NCBI GenBank assembly: GCA_977030845.1
Contig: OZ365116.1
Location: 18,972,001-19,036,000 of the forward strand
Reading direction: 5' to 3'
Origin: Fimbriosthenelais zetlandica
Taxonomy: Eukaryota
DNA: 64,000 nt
Shown: in pieces, positions 1 to 15,000 of the stretch
How positions within the stretch are numbered: position 1 is the first letter of the stretch
Layout of the letters: the number at the start of each line of letters is the position of its first letter
Translations under genes and position numbers: made by a program
Notes under the pieces: model-generated
Told to the model about the DNA's origin: nothing
Databases searched by the model: none
Seen by the model: the letters and a program-made list of their open reading frames with translations, nothing else

Positions 1-3000
1 ATGGCAGCTCGCACATCATCAAGATCTTTGATGGGCCTGCACAACCTCTTCATCATACTATCAAAGAACTCGAGCATCTCGTCCATCTCACGAGCGCATT
101 TGTCATTCAGATTTTTGGCATAGCATCGCTTCCAGTTCTTGATCTCCGTCAGAAGCGATATTTTGAGGGGCTCAGTCATGAAGAGCAGGGGACCTACACG
201 GTTATTTTGTTGCATCTCTTCCACCTGAGCTTCAAGGTTATTGTAGTACTTAAGGATGGCATCAAACTCCGACATGATTGGCTTGGACTCCATGAACTCC
301 TTCACTTTGTCTTCTGCGATCTGATGAATCAAGTGGAAAGGGGAAGGTTTAGTAGATTATTCTATTTCACATTCTTGGTAAACAGACCTCCATGGTTCAT
401 ATATAAATATACGAAAAGTACATTTTAAATTGGCAAGGACGAGCTGTTTACTTACAAAGCTCCAGATCTCCTCATATTTGGAGAATGTCTCAAGTAGTTC
501 CTGTACTTCGGGTTTGATAGTAGAGACAACGCTCTGCAGCTGGATAACGATCTTGACAATGTCCTTGTGTTCAGCCACCAGCTTGTGTAGGGGCTTGATC
601 ATGGTAGAGGGGTTGATCTTTACTTCTTCAGCATTATCCGCTGCAGCTTGCTCGTTCTCCTGTAGAGGAAAAATACCAATGTGATACACATGTCTTATAG
701 ACAGTGAGACATTGAAATTTCAACATTGTGCAGGTCATTGACAAAAATCAGGTGATAATTCTATTCTTGTAAAGACTCATATGAGGCATACAGTGAATAA
801 GGGTTCATACCCTATGCTGCTTTTAAATTGAAGACTACATGCAAGAAACTCCGATGAATTGGTGAATATTACATAAAGTGTCACATATTTTCTCTTGGGA
901 AAATATCAACACTGAAACTCTCATAATACATGTACACATAAATTGGTGGAGAACCCAGTGGCTCAGCCATGCAAACCCTCCATCTGGTATTGGGCAAAAC
1001 CTTAATCCCCTATACACTATGTTAACACAAATCCAATGCAAAACAGCTTGTGACTATGTACATTTTAAATGTTCAAGTAAAATATTTTCATCCAATTTAT
1101 CTATTGGTATGCACTTGGTATCATATGCCTTTTTTCAAGGCACTCAATGCTTAGTGAGAGGATATCTTCTGTGTTTTCAAAAGTGCTGCAAAAGGCATTT
1201 CAAAGGCATTCTCTTTGGCAGTGAAGAACTTACTCTCTTAGAGTGATTTCGATTCTTTGTCCCTCTCTAAGTTTTCCAAAAAGACAGTAAAAATAAACGT
1301 ATGAGTTGAAAAAGAAATGAATTGAGAAGAAATATTGAAGCAGGTATACTAGATAAAACACTATTTAATAAATGCAGTATAATAAATACTAAATACACTA
1401 CGAGAGATTGTTTAAAATTGCTATATCCTTGAAGGTCCGACCAACTCTTTAAGGGGGCCTGTTTCAGAAGAAAAATGCTATATTAGCCTGTAGAATTACT
1501 ACTTAAGACTAGAATAGTGCATCTTTGTTATGAATCAGGCCCTAGGTGTCACAGACAATATAAACTTTAGAACGATGCTACCCTACAACAAAATACTCAC
1601 GACATGAATATGGAGAGACATTCTATACTAATTCTCTAATTTAAAAATGTATAGAAAGAGTAAAGAACGACAAAACAGCCGACGCTGTCACCTTGCTCAT
1701 CCTCTTTTTGAATCGCTAAACAGTAATCATAATTCTGTCAGTTGATACAATATCAATGAAACGAGTGATTCATCTACAAAGGACTACAGCTTGTGACCGC
1801 ATAGCCAAGTCTCGTTTGATATCTAGAGGGCGCGTTTCAAAAGTTGGACCTTTATACAACAAGTATATATAATGGCACATGCTGCTTGTGAAACGGGCTC
1901 CTGTACTAGCTAGCCTAAACAACGGTATTTTGTGTATATATAACACCATGACTCCCTTGATAGACAGGCCAGATTATATTATTATTGAGGGATAGAAGCA
2001 ATATGGCATATTGTTGAATAATACACCTGGGAATATTAGGCTACCTCTCAATGGTTTTTGGAAGAAAACAAAATAAAAGTAAAGAAACTTTGGTTCACAA
2101 TATATGGGAATAAATTCAAACACCCAGAATTAGTGAATACTGCAGACATATTATTCTCAGATCAATACAGATCTTGATGTCAGTGGGTGTTTTGATTAAA
2201 AAATATAAGCTGAAAGAATCAAGAATGCACGCCTTGGCTTGTTTTACAAAACAAAGCAATAACGTGGAAAACAACACCAAAACACAAACCTTTAATCGCG
2301 TATTTTCTCTTGGAAGCTGCAGCCAATTAATACAAATGCTTTATAAAATTGAACTTCCCTTCCAATTTCATATAATGATCCACATGTATTAATGAAAAAC
2401 ATCTTGGTTTCAACATACATAATCTAGCAATGGGTGGGTTATATTTTAAGAATTAATGGTTAATGAATTAAATAAAAACTAAGGGGAAGAAAAGACAAGA
2501 AAAAAATCGCTCAAAAACTTATGGATACAAAAACGATACTAAAAGATATAGAACTGAAAATAGATCATTTCTAAGTGTATCTACATGTAGGCATGTGTAT
2601 TGGGTTGTTTGGTCGGTGCGGGGTTGGAGGGAGGGCTGTAATAGTTAACTCACCTTCTGTTGAAGACGCTGCTGGTTCACCAGGTGTTCCCATTGTGGCA
2701 CGTGTTCTGACATCTTGAGAATGACCTGTACAGATTTGTTGAGGGTAGATTGGATATCTTCTAGTGAGGGCCTCATCACCACATTAGGGATGGCTAGCAC
2801 GATATCAGCCATGAACAGTGGTAGCCTCTTTTCTGATTCTTTGTCTTCTTTCTTGGCAAAGCGGTTAGACATCTGGACGCGTCTTTTAATAGCATCCAGG
2901 GAGAGGCGGGTACCTTTAAAGTAAATCAAGTTGAAATTAAATAACAATTGAAAATAAAGAACAACTCATAAATTCAGCTTCAGAAGATTCAGTTTTGCTC

Positions 3001-6000
3001 CTAGTCTAAGAAGAAAGAGTTTCGAAAACTAATTAAGGACATCCATGTTCTACCCTTGGATAGAGAGATTTGGGTTTCATCAGATGGTAGATGTGACTTA
3101 CATTTGACCAGCGCCTCTGTGTTTCTCTGAGTGAAGGCATTAAGGAGCATGGTATAAGCATCAGGTTCCTGCTGGTTATCTTCTGGTAACATTCGGTTCA
3201 ATTCATCTTCGCTTAATGGCGACTTCAGCAGTGACATCAATTCACCGATGGCCTTCTCAACAAATTTACTCGACCTAGTAAGGTAGAGAGGATAATTATT
3301 TCCCTTTCGTAATGAGTAAATGTATGTGATTCCTGTTCACATATGTACCTGAAAAATTCGTTATCTTCCTTTAGAAAAAAGTACTGCATGCAATGTTTAA
3401 AAAAAGAGAAGAAATGCGTCCCCAAAAACGTTAGAATAGATTAAGATGAAGAAGTCAAAAGCAGCAATTAGAAGTTAAAAAATGTATTTTTAAAAACCAT
3501 TCAAAGATACCTGAAAGAATAAACATAAATAGTAAAGGCTGTTTAAAAAAGATTCTTTCAGAGTATTCTATATTTCAAAATACATAAATTATATATGAAA
3601 CAGAAACCTGACCTTGTCCCTGTATCCCTAAACAGAGCATATAGACATTTATTACTGATTGTTCTCAATATACTTATATTATGTTTTTCCGATAAAATTA
3701 CGCCATGCATTGATTTCATTCCTTGGGCAGAAGTGAAAATAGCAAGTAAATATGCCGAATAGATATTCGTCATATTCGCATCATTTAAATGTGTCAAAAT
3801 GATTTCCAATTGAGTGAATGATACTCTATTAACTCACCCCAATCCACTGCCATCCGATCTTAGATAAGATATATTCTTTTATTTACTAACAGTAATTAAT
3901 ACAAAGTTTCTGTTGAAAGTATCAACGATGGCACATAAAAGATCAGTAGCCATCTTTCTGTGAGCCTGGGGCAAACTCCCAACTCTGGGCTGTATACTAC
4001 TGACAAGGCGCCTTTTTCTCAGGCACTATAGATAGTTGATTGAGTATTATTCATGTACTTACTTTGCTAGTGACTCGGAAGCCTCGACGCATGTCTGCTC
4101 AGTACGTGAGAGGAAAGCAGCAATGGTGATAGACTCGTCATCAGGGAGATCACAGAGCGGAGTAAGTGACATATCTTCTAAGACGGCCTCTATACGACAT
4201 TCTAGTATATCAGCTGCCTGCTTACTCAGGTGTTCCATCTCTCCCATAGCCTTGTAGATGCCAGCAATATCTACATAATACCACAAAAGTCATTTAGTAT
4301 GTATCTTTTATCTCATAAAACATTTGGATACAGACACAGAAGAATTACTAGTACATACTTCCCCAGAATGAAAATATTGAGAGATTAGGAAAATTTGAAG
4401 TATTTTGATAAATGATGACTTACAGGCATCAATGTTGAGCGAGGCCCAGCTGAGTGAGGTGAGGCCAGGCTTGATGGCTTCATCCACGCGGTCACAGTAT
4501 GGCTTCATCAGAGGTAGGAGTACAGGGGGGATGTCCTTTACTATACGGTCATACTCAGCCAGCATCTCTAGTAACCTACAATAAAACACTCTCAAACATA
4601 CATTTTTGTGTCTCTTTGGCATTTCCTGATTAAATGTAGATAAATGAATGAGGGAAAGAAATTCTACAAGAAGTATATTGAGGGTACATACCGGACCCTG
4701 TAGTCCTTGATCTGATCCTCCTTTTTACAGAGGAGGATGGCGGAGTGTGGGATCTCCAGGTTGAGTTTCTTGAGGTACTTGGCCTCCTGGATGAGCTCCA
4801 GGATGTGAGGATCAAAGTTGACAAAGAGTTGACGTGTGTCAGGGTGGCGGACCAGGAGGGTGGCTGTCAAACCTGTCAAGGCTGTCTCCACGGCGCGGCA
4901 CCAACCCCGGTGATATAACATCTGAAAATGAGAACCATTTTCAATCAAATTTCCATTGAAACACCAATTAGGGGGAAATGACTACTAGTTTGATAGAGGT
5001 GAGGTAGGTCTGATGAGATGAAATGTTACATTACCTCAAACTCCATCAAGACAGCAGCCATCTTGTTATAATTCCGAATGATTTTCTTGGCATCCTCACT
5101 CTGAAATACACGGAAGGACATTAAATAACATCTCAAGTTCAAATGTGACAATCCCAAAGAAAAGAAAATTAGTATATCTAACAGTTTGCCAGGTAGAATA
5201 AGCAGCTGACCTTGAGGATGTCAGGTTTTTTGCGGAAGACCTTCATGGGGCTTTCTATCTTGCGGTAGAGTTGACGAGCCCAGGATATTTTACCACAGGT
5301 GGGAGGAAGGTTTCTGGGGATGATGGGTTCATTCTTCTGCTTCTGGTAGAGCTTTCTCACAGTCTCCAGATCCTTACCATAGTTACTCAGAACTCGTTGG
5401 TACTTTTCACGAAGCTCAAGATTTGGTCCAGAAATGTTCTCAAACTTAACAAGCAATTCTAGTGCTTTGTCAGTCTGTAAAGGATGAACAATGATTTCAG
5501 AGTTGATATATTTTTCCAACTATCTTTTCCAGATAATTAGTTTACATTGATTACATCTCAATCTAAGTTATTGTAAGATCATTTTCATCAAAATTCTTTG
5601 ATTCTATTTAGAGGTTCTTCTGAAATACTCACCGACAGAGACTTATCAAACCAGGTATCAACAAAATTCTGCAGGTTGGTTGAAAGAGTCTCAAAGGCGT
5701 TGCGGAACTCCATGTAGTCATTATCAAAGTCACTCTTACGATGGTCCAGGATGTCGTAGCTTTTCTTCTTGGTGGCATCCACCACTGTCTTGTAACGGAC
5801 CACAATGGTTTCAATGCCTTCAATACGGACATCAGCCAACCCGGAATAAGCATCTATAGTGTTAATCATATCAGCGATCTTCTCTAGGCGCTTGCAGAAA
5901 GTATCAAACTTCCCAAAGATGTAGTTCTCACTGAAAAGATATATGATAGAGAGATACATGATAGGGAAATATCTCAGATAAATCTTGAAAAACATACTGG

Positions 6001-9000
6001 GTCATGTTATGTTAACTTTAATATTCAGGAAATTGCAGCAAACATCACTAAGTTTAGGTCAATACCTGAACTCGAACTGGCGTTCATTTGGGTTCTCGCG
6101 TAACTTTTCCTTCGTGCGTTGGAAGCACTTTTGGTACTCCAAGTTAAGGTTGATACAATCCTGTAGGCGCCTTAACAGTTCAGCACTAGAAAAATAAGAA
6201 AAAACAATAAGAAACAAACAATAAGAATCATTAATGAGTTCAGAGAGTTAAAATAGAATGATCACACACCACAACAAAAGATCAAACACAAACATCTCAG
6301 CCAAAACAGCCAAGATATTTTTTGTATAGTGGGATTACATGTGGGAAAATCTGCAAGAAATTCAACAAACGGTCATCATTTATATTATTTATAATAGTAA
6401 TTTTCAACATATTTATTTTGGAGATAGAAAATAGAAAAGAGTATAGATACAGTGTGTTGCAGTGTCAAGGCCCTGAATAGGTGGAAATATCTCAAATTAT
6501 GAGACATGAAACGCATGCTGCCTCAAAGTTCAGTATGGTATAAAGATACGCATGTACTGGTGAAAACTGGATTTGCACTTGCATGCATCGGAATCTGTGC
6601 TGAAAATCTTATTAACTATCTGGAAAATCCTAGATAGGGATGATAAGTTCATTCAGAATAAAATTAAAGTTTATTATTTTACAAATTTTAAGAAAAAAGT
6701 TTATATCTAGGTTAAAATTATAGGTTACCGCTCTTCTCTGAATTTAACTCGTTTTAAGTGTTTATCGGAGCGAGGCTCCTCATCCTCCTCCACATCTTCC
6801 TCTTCGTCTTCAAAACTTTATTCAAAATAAGATGGAAATTATTCTCATTTTCATCAAGGCAGTCACTCAAAAATTCTTATCCTCTCTTTTCATCCATCGG
6901 TGATGATGCCTAGCCTTCAGATCATCAATTGTTAATTAATTATAGGCATTTAAGTTTTTGTTCATGCTCTGTAAGGTTTAAGGGAGGAACCTGTCTGGGT
7001 TAAGAATAGTCAAGAATAGTTTGGGAAGGTTGAGAATACTAGAACAGCTAGTCAAGAAACTAGTTAGGAAAGTAACTTAATATTAGCTCAGAAACAAAGA
7101 TATGTGGGTCTTTGGTTTAAGCATCTAAAGACCACAACAGATAGCAAAAGAGGAAGCCCACATCAAGCCCACATAGTAAGGTTAACAGTTGAAAATGAGA
7201 TAAACACAGGATATTTACCGTGGGTGGTCCCAGACTTTGCTGACCCCTTGGTTTATGTAGTTCTTACAGGTGGAAATCATCTGGTTGGTGACTTTGACAA
7301 AGAGTGAGGTCATTCTCTCTGAGGTGTTGTAGTAAGAGGAGATACTGTAGATCATCCTGATAGCGTTCATCAGGCTGGGAATGTGCTCCAACATTGTTGC
7401 CTTCAAAGATAAAGACAACAGATTAGATCCAGCGTGACCACACAAAAATCATTTTGAAATTGTATTTCCCTTCTTCTATCATAGATAATCGACTTCCACT
7501 TAGAGAATTAGAGATATAACGTCCATTAAACTTACGGGGGTGCACTTCACCAGGGGACCAAAGAACTTATCAAGTGTGTAGAGGTACTTGACATTGTCCT
7601 TTGCCTCATTGGCGTAGTCAGTGATGCGGCTGTCCAGGGCCCTCCAGTGTCGGATGGACCGTGATTTGGCAGCGTTTAGTACACCCATCACAGCCTTACA
7701 ACGTGGGCTTTTAATCTGCTCCAGTAGCCTGTAATCAGGGCAAAAGGTGGATTAAAGAAATGGGTTGATATTGTCACCATTAAGAGTAGATGGGGTACAT
7801 TTGAGAAGCAAAATGTGGATAAAAGATATTTGTTGATATGAGATAATCTACAGGGTAGACTATTAGAAGTAGATAGATTATATATGAGAGGTAAAAGGGG
7901 GATAAATGAAATGACATATCAACAGTTGTTTTTCTACTCTGTAGATTCAGATTTAGAGGAGGGAGACTGACGTGTTAAACTTGGCCATGCGAGTCTTCCA
8001 GTAGGCCAGCTCAGCACTGGGTCCTATGTCATCAGCCTCGTGCCGGATCTGCTCGCTCTCAGCCAACACCTGCTCGATCTGTTTGGACCAGACAGCCAGG
8101 AGCTCTTCCAACTTCTCCACCAGCTCACTGTTGTTGTTGGCATGCATCTGGTACTCGTTGGCTGTCTTGATGGCATCTAACATCTGACCATATTCTGTCT
8201 CAGCCAGCACCACGTGACCTGTCATATTGCCACGAGCAGCTCCAAGGTTGGTGATAAACTTGTCGAGTTGTTCCAAGAAGTCAATTACTTTAGGATTCTG
8301 GTGGTCAAGTTCCTTTCCCCAGTCCTGTAATGAATATTATTTCAGCATTTTATTATTATATCATTTTAATGTATCTGATGGTATGATGAATGAATGAGGA
8401 AAGACATTGGCTATATTAGGGTGGTCAGTTGGGTTTGTAAGTTTGTAGCCTACCTCGAGGTGTTTGAGTGAGGGGACCATGATACGGGAGAGCAGGCGTT
8501 CAGCACCTTCAATCAATTTACTGCCTGAACAATCCATGAGACCGTAGTTTACCTCAGTCGCTATGGTGCTCACGGCTATGGCCTTCTCTGTGGTAGTACG
8601 TAGGAAGAAGAAGCACATGCCAGTAATGCCCTGAAAAATCAAATATACTCATAATGTGTGTGCACGTCATGAAAGTAATACACCATTCTGAGAGGCTTTA
8701 CATCAGTATTTTCAACGTTTTTCTCTCATTCATCTTACCTCAGCATTTCCAGTTGTAATGAAGAGTTTCTTCTGGGGTTCTTTTGCTGGAATGCTAGCTG
8801 CATCACGATACATGCCATCACGCTGTAGAAAAAGAAACATTCTTTTTAAAATTTATTTTATCTAAATAATATTATATATTTATTTCAAATGTTTGTCTGT
8901 GTGTGAGGTCCAGAAACGGGGGTCGTGGTCAACCTGCCAACCCCCAACCCCCGCCGGCACCCGGCTGTCTAGAAAGATCAATATAAAGAGAGAAGTTTTG

Positions 9001-12000
9001 GTGGCATATCAAGTATAGGACTACTGCCAAGCGGTTGTATATACCTCTCGGTGGGGTCTGCTCCAGTAGTCAGGGACTTTGGAATTAGCTCCTGTAAGTC
9101 CTTCTCACCCGCCATGATTGAGTATCAACACAGTGTAATCTACCGTAAATCAACTTCATTTTCCACACTGCACTTTTTACCAACATTTTGCAACTCATCA
9201 CAGTAATGTCTATAAATAATTATCTCTTTCAATATTAAAGCACACAAGTATCTCCTCCCAAACTAATATATCTACCAATGGGTAAAATTGGTCAGTCGGG
9301 GTGAAATATTGAGTATTAGAGAATTTGTTGTAGGAGATTAATGGATACACTGTTGGAGTGGGCCGTGGCAGGAGGCCAGGTAACAGCTTAACTCACGAGG
9401 AATCATTAATGATGCAAAAATACTTGGAATGAATATAAGCAGGAACAAAACTAATACATGTAGGACCGAGGGGCAAGATAACTCTGTAGTTAACCTAGTG
9501 CCAGTTTATAAGAGGCGTAATCGTCAAATATTCTCCATTGTTTTTTTCTTTTATCATTTAATATGTCAGGTTATATTGATTAGATTTATGACTTAATGGC
9601 TGGGAAAATGGAGAATCAATACATTTCATTGGAGTTAAAGGCATTTATATAGGTACTAATAAGGACCCTTTTGCACCTACCACTTGGCCAACTCTACTTA
9701 TGATATTTCAACAGCTTTTGTTGTTGAAAACAATGATATAAAGAATTTTGGCAAGACTCTCTGATTAGCACTAGCCACGCGAGTCAAATAACTCATCCAA
9801 TATTGATCTATAGATTAAGAAGTCAATAACTAAATCTGCGTCTATTGATAATCTAATCAACTATCTTGATTTTAGAATTGTTGATTTATTTAATTTATAG
9901 TTGAATTGGGAGCAAGTCTGAGGCTTCGCTTACATAGTGATTCACATAGGTCTTCTACAACCAGTAGAAAGTTGAATGACCAAGTAATACGCTTACTTTT
10001 ACATAATGATTCAATATAGCAAGACCACCAAGCAGCCTTAATCTGGAATGTAAGCTTGTTAATAAGTAGATTTGTCCACCTAACGACTATGCTAATCCAC
10101 CGACCTTTCAGGGGGTAGGTGGTGGGGGGTGGGGGCTCATGATTTCCAAACTGTTTGAAGTCGGTTGAGGGAGGGTGGGACGTAAATGGAGCTCGGTAAA
10201 GGTTATTGAGCTTGACTATGGCAACGGCAAACAAGGCGGTCCCATGCAATGCTTGCCATGCAATGCTGGCTGATTTATTATTGTATTGCTACCTTTGATT
10301 GCCTAAAGTATACCCTGAATTGTAGCGTAGAACCTATTGAAACTTTGACCTTACCTAACCACATGTCACATAGCAAAAGGCCTCTTAGGCATTTATGGTA
10401 TCAAGAATTGTTATATGGCAGTAAGGATTATGAAGCAAGTATAGTCTAGACAAACGATTATATTGGTACCAAAATTCCTGAGTGTCTTTAAAGTATAAAT
10501 CGTTATTTGTACACTTTTTGCACTACACGGCTCCTTAGAATTATAGAAATCAATGAATTGATTGCAACAACTGGTCAAGATGTGGGTTGCTCTAGGCTAT
10601 ATATAGTTCACCCAGGTAAAGTGGGAAGGCATTCTTTCAATATTATTAACTGTTATTAAGTTATGTCGGGCTTATGATGATATTGAACTCTACATATCTT
10701 GGAGAATACGGATCAAACTATCCAATTCTAAATAATAGATCAGTGGAATAGACTTAAGGGTATGGTTACCTTGCGCTACTATTGGAGGAATTACATTAAC
10801 TCAGTTCTATTGTACATATGATACACTATTCATGGGCTATATTAAATGGGAATACTTTGTAGATGTCATTCATGGTATACCCATATTAGTCGCCTATAGA
10901 ATATTGCAATTGGGTTCAAAGACGAAGAGCTCACAATGTTGAAGCTTCTATGAAGGTTCGTGCAGCGAGCAGAGAGCAAAGGCAGAACGAATAATAAAAT
11001 ATTGATAATCTTCCTTCTACTTACGCTCGGTTCCTGGTAGAAGAAGAGCAGTTTCCTCGAACCTTTGGCGGCCAGGAAATCCTCAATGAGGTCAAACTGA
11101 ATGAGGTCAATAAGACAAAAAATTACTCTAACATTCAACAACGCTGAATGATTAAAACAAAGGGAACACTTCTATCAGATTCTCAATTAAATCCGCCCAG
11201 GGAATGATAATAAAAAATTGGACTGAGCAATATTAAAAGTAAATAGATTAGGAATGAAGAAGCTATTAATCATTTAATGTGAACAGAATGCCAAGCATAT
11301 GAGCTGCTTATGTATAATATTATGAGTAGGAATAATGCTGACGTAAGGAATATCTTACCCTTTCATCTATTAAAATGAAATCTTCAACTGCGTTGGCCTC
11401 AAGTCCCAAACCGTCAGCAAGCTAAGGATTCAAGAGATTTGAGAACAATGTATTATTCATGCACGACCAAAACCCAAAAGACCACGATCTTGAAAATCAA
11501 TTATCTTGCAGCGATCTTGATGCAAGTATATATTACTTATTAGTTACTCGAAATGTAAAATGGTGGGACATTAAAAATACTTACATGGCCAATGATCCAA
11601 GCATGCCTGGCATCCATCTGAAAAAGTTTAAATCTCCATTATGCACAAAGTATGGACTGGGAAGGCACAGTTTTGAAAAATAATTTATTACAAGATTTTC
11701 AATTTTACGGGGATGGTTCCACAATTATTAGAGACTGAATATAAGGATCATTAAAAATACTGTTTTTAAAAGATTTTCCCCCAAATTTCCCCAGTTCAAA
11801 AGCATTTGATAGTAGATTACATATAGAATATATAATAAACCATTGGAAAACATTCTCAAGATGGGAAGGGTTAGACCTTAGACTAATCACCGACACAAAA
11901 TAACTAATGGCGGAATAAAGTGGAATAGCACAATATAAACAGATCATTCACAAACACAAGCTAAGGCTCTTGTCTGGACAAAATTCTCTAAAGAAAAAAA

Positions 12001-15000
12001 AATCTGAGGTATGTATTGCTATATAGATAAACGCTTAAACAAAATTCGGCTTTAATGAATTAGACGGGAATCTAAGAATTAGGTAGGCAATTAGAGTCAT
12101 GCCATATGGTAAATATGGAAGAATCAATCTGTAGATGGACTGACTGTAGAATGGTGATTGAGGCTTATCTTGTTGTTGGATTAATGACTGAGGGATCAAT
12201 ATCCTTATGGAAGGTTAGCCTATGCACCACTGGCAACCAAAGCCACATAAGTAAGCCTCCGTGCCTGCTGTTACACACCAATTCTAAATTACTCTCATTT
12301 GTTACTATTTAATAATGGAAACGTTCTATCAAAGGGGGAAACTGGCCTTATAATCTGACTAATTCTTATGTTTATGAATTTGAATAAATGTGATAAGTTC
12401 ACTTATGAATAAATACAGAATCAGGTACTAATTTCTATTTCTATTAAGATTTTCTGTCAATGGCTGTAACTACAGAGTTAAGGGGATAGGATAATGTGTT
12501 TAATTGACTAATGCCTTGAGGTGCGCATTTATTCCTGATCATGTACATAGTCAGGTATACTAGCTGACTAGGTAGCGACTCTTCTGTATATAGAGTGAAG
12601 CTACGTTATTAGATTACCCAAGTCCTGGCACGGCTAATTAATCAATAAGACGAGAAAATGAATTGGCAGAAGTAGGTCCTATGGGAGAATGGAAACTTCA
12701 AGCCTCACGCAAAAATCCTTTCAATGGGCATAGAATAGACTGTACAAGTTTGAAGGAAGGATTTGGAGGCAATTGCATGACAGAGAATATATATAAGAGA
12801 AAGGGCAGGCCTTAAGTCAAAAGCAAACAAGTAGCCTGTGAAAAACCAACCCTCAAACTGATGTTAAAAGGCCCAAACACACGATATTAGTATATTATGT
12901 AGAAGCCTTAAGTAGGTATATTACGTTATAAAAATCCTACAACACAAACTTTTGGATACATCATTCGGAATTTTATGTTGAAATTCTAATTATATTGTGA
13001 GGGGAGCGGGGGCGGGGTCGGTAGATACCAAAGGCTGGGTGTTAAAACCTCGACAAGGGTGTGAAAAGCTCAGGGAGAAATGTATCTACTTATATTTCAT
13101 TTTGGCATGTGTTCTAGGGTCTATTATTGTCGGATGGAAATACAATGTAAGGGGAAGGCTAAAATATCTGCACTACAACTAAAATGTAATCCAAAATTCA
13201 TGTAATTCCCAATAATACATAAGCACTGGCTTCATATTTTATGTAAAATATCTGTGATATAAAATTGCTTATTCTAGATGTTCCTATCATATTGAAATAT
13301 GCACAGTGCTTATGTAACATTGTCGCAAGAAATGACCAAAACTTAAACAAAAACCTCATATTAAGGAATAGATGAATATAAAGCACTCCTCAGCAAAGAA
13401 ATTGGCCAGAAATATTCAACCAATGTCTTATTACCTGCGCCTTATTCTGTATCACAGTTAGAAGGGGGAAATGGATGGATATTAATGAGGTGTATTAGCA
13501 TGAGCATGTATTGCAGCGAGGATCATTGCGAAAACGAATGAAACTATACTACTGGTGCTATATATATGGATTACTAAAGCTTATATTGCGAAATATGAAA
13601 TTTAATGAAAAGAAAAACTGTCCGAAGGCAATGTAGTAGAAATTGAGTATTGGCTTTGAAACTATGAAAGAGCTTCATTGATTACAAGTGGAAGGTTATA
13701 TCAATAATTAGATAAGCAAAATTGTGTGAATTATTTTAAGAGGAAGAGCGAGCTCAATTGAGAAAACCATAATGAGATGCTAAAATCTGTAGATTAGTTG
13801 AGCATCTATGGTTTTCCAGGCTTTATATAGCGTGGTATAGAGATAACTGACCTGTTGCCGCCTCTCATCTCGGTTAGCTTTGGCTTGTTTCTGCATTTCT
13901 TTCATCGCCTCACCAGACAAGATAACATTCTTTTTCTGCTGGTTCTGGAAAGAATAAATCCACAAAATCCTACAATAACGATTACATATAATCCAATAAT
14001 GAACTCCTCCAATTATAAATTTTCTTACCTAAACTGGGTTTCTATATCTCGGCTATTGGACAAATATCTATCCCCAACTTTTACATATTGTAGAGTTGCT
14101 CTCTCCAGCTCGAATGGCCACATACTTGGAGTATCTATCCTTTTAGCCACCCAGCAACGATTCCCAATGGATTAGTTCTTGAAATAATCCCCATAGTTCT
14201 CTATGGCCCCCTCCTCTCCATCCTTTCAAGCCCACCACCTTAATCATCTACGCTTTTCAATAGCTATTCCCCATTGGCTTACAGACCAGTATGTAGGCCT
14301 ATATGGCAAGGTTGCGCTGCTGGCTCGCTACTAAGTTTATTTAACAATGTTTTAAAAGATTTTTGTTTTTCAACGTGTGTACTTTTTATGAAAAGTAACT
14401 TTATTCATGTACAATTAAGTTCTCATATTTATATCATATGTTCTTATATATGTATACACATGATATATACTATTAAGATGGGTGGTAGGAGGGTACATGT
14501 GTGTGTGTGTGGGAGGATGGTAGGATGAACGGTGCCAATTAATATTGGTTAACATCCAGGGGCGGATCCAGAGCGGGGTGGGTGGGTCGGGGGTGGGGGC
14601 AGGGGGTCATGACCCGCCCCCACCCCCCCCGCCACCCATCTTTCGGAGAGGGCTTTGTCGCTCGCTTTAGGCCACATGACTGGACCCCCTCCCCCTTCAC
14701 AATTCTTTTAAGAATTAAGAATCTTTTCTTTCTTCTTTCTTCTTTTAAGAATCCCAGACCCCCTCCCCACCCTTCCAAAGTAGGCCTAGCTAGATCTACA
14801 GGCTAATAATTTCCCTTTGTATTGCCTTTGGTTTGCTTAGAATTGAGGGCAACAAACACAATCAAATTTGTTTTAATGCAAGACATGTTACGTATTATGA
14901 CATGACGCTCTGATGGCGCATCTATTTTTATTTTAGTCCTATTTAATTTGTATTATCAATGAGATAACGCGGGTACAAAGTGGCGAGACTTACCGGCCGC

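Noticed and set aside
3838-3858. 21-nt AG...GTGAGT segment that could insert KSDGSGLG in frame in dynein
   Set aside because: The pyrimidine tract is poor, it would interrupt the conserved K-S-S helix, and such segments arise often by chance.
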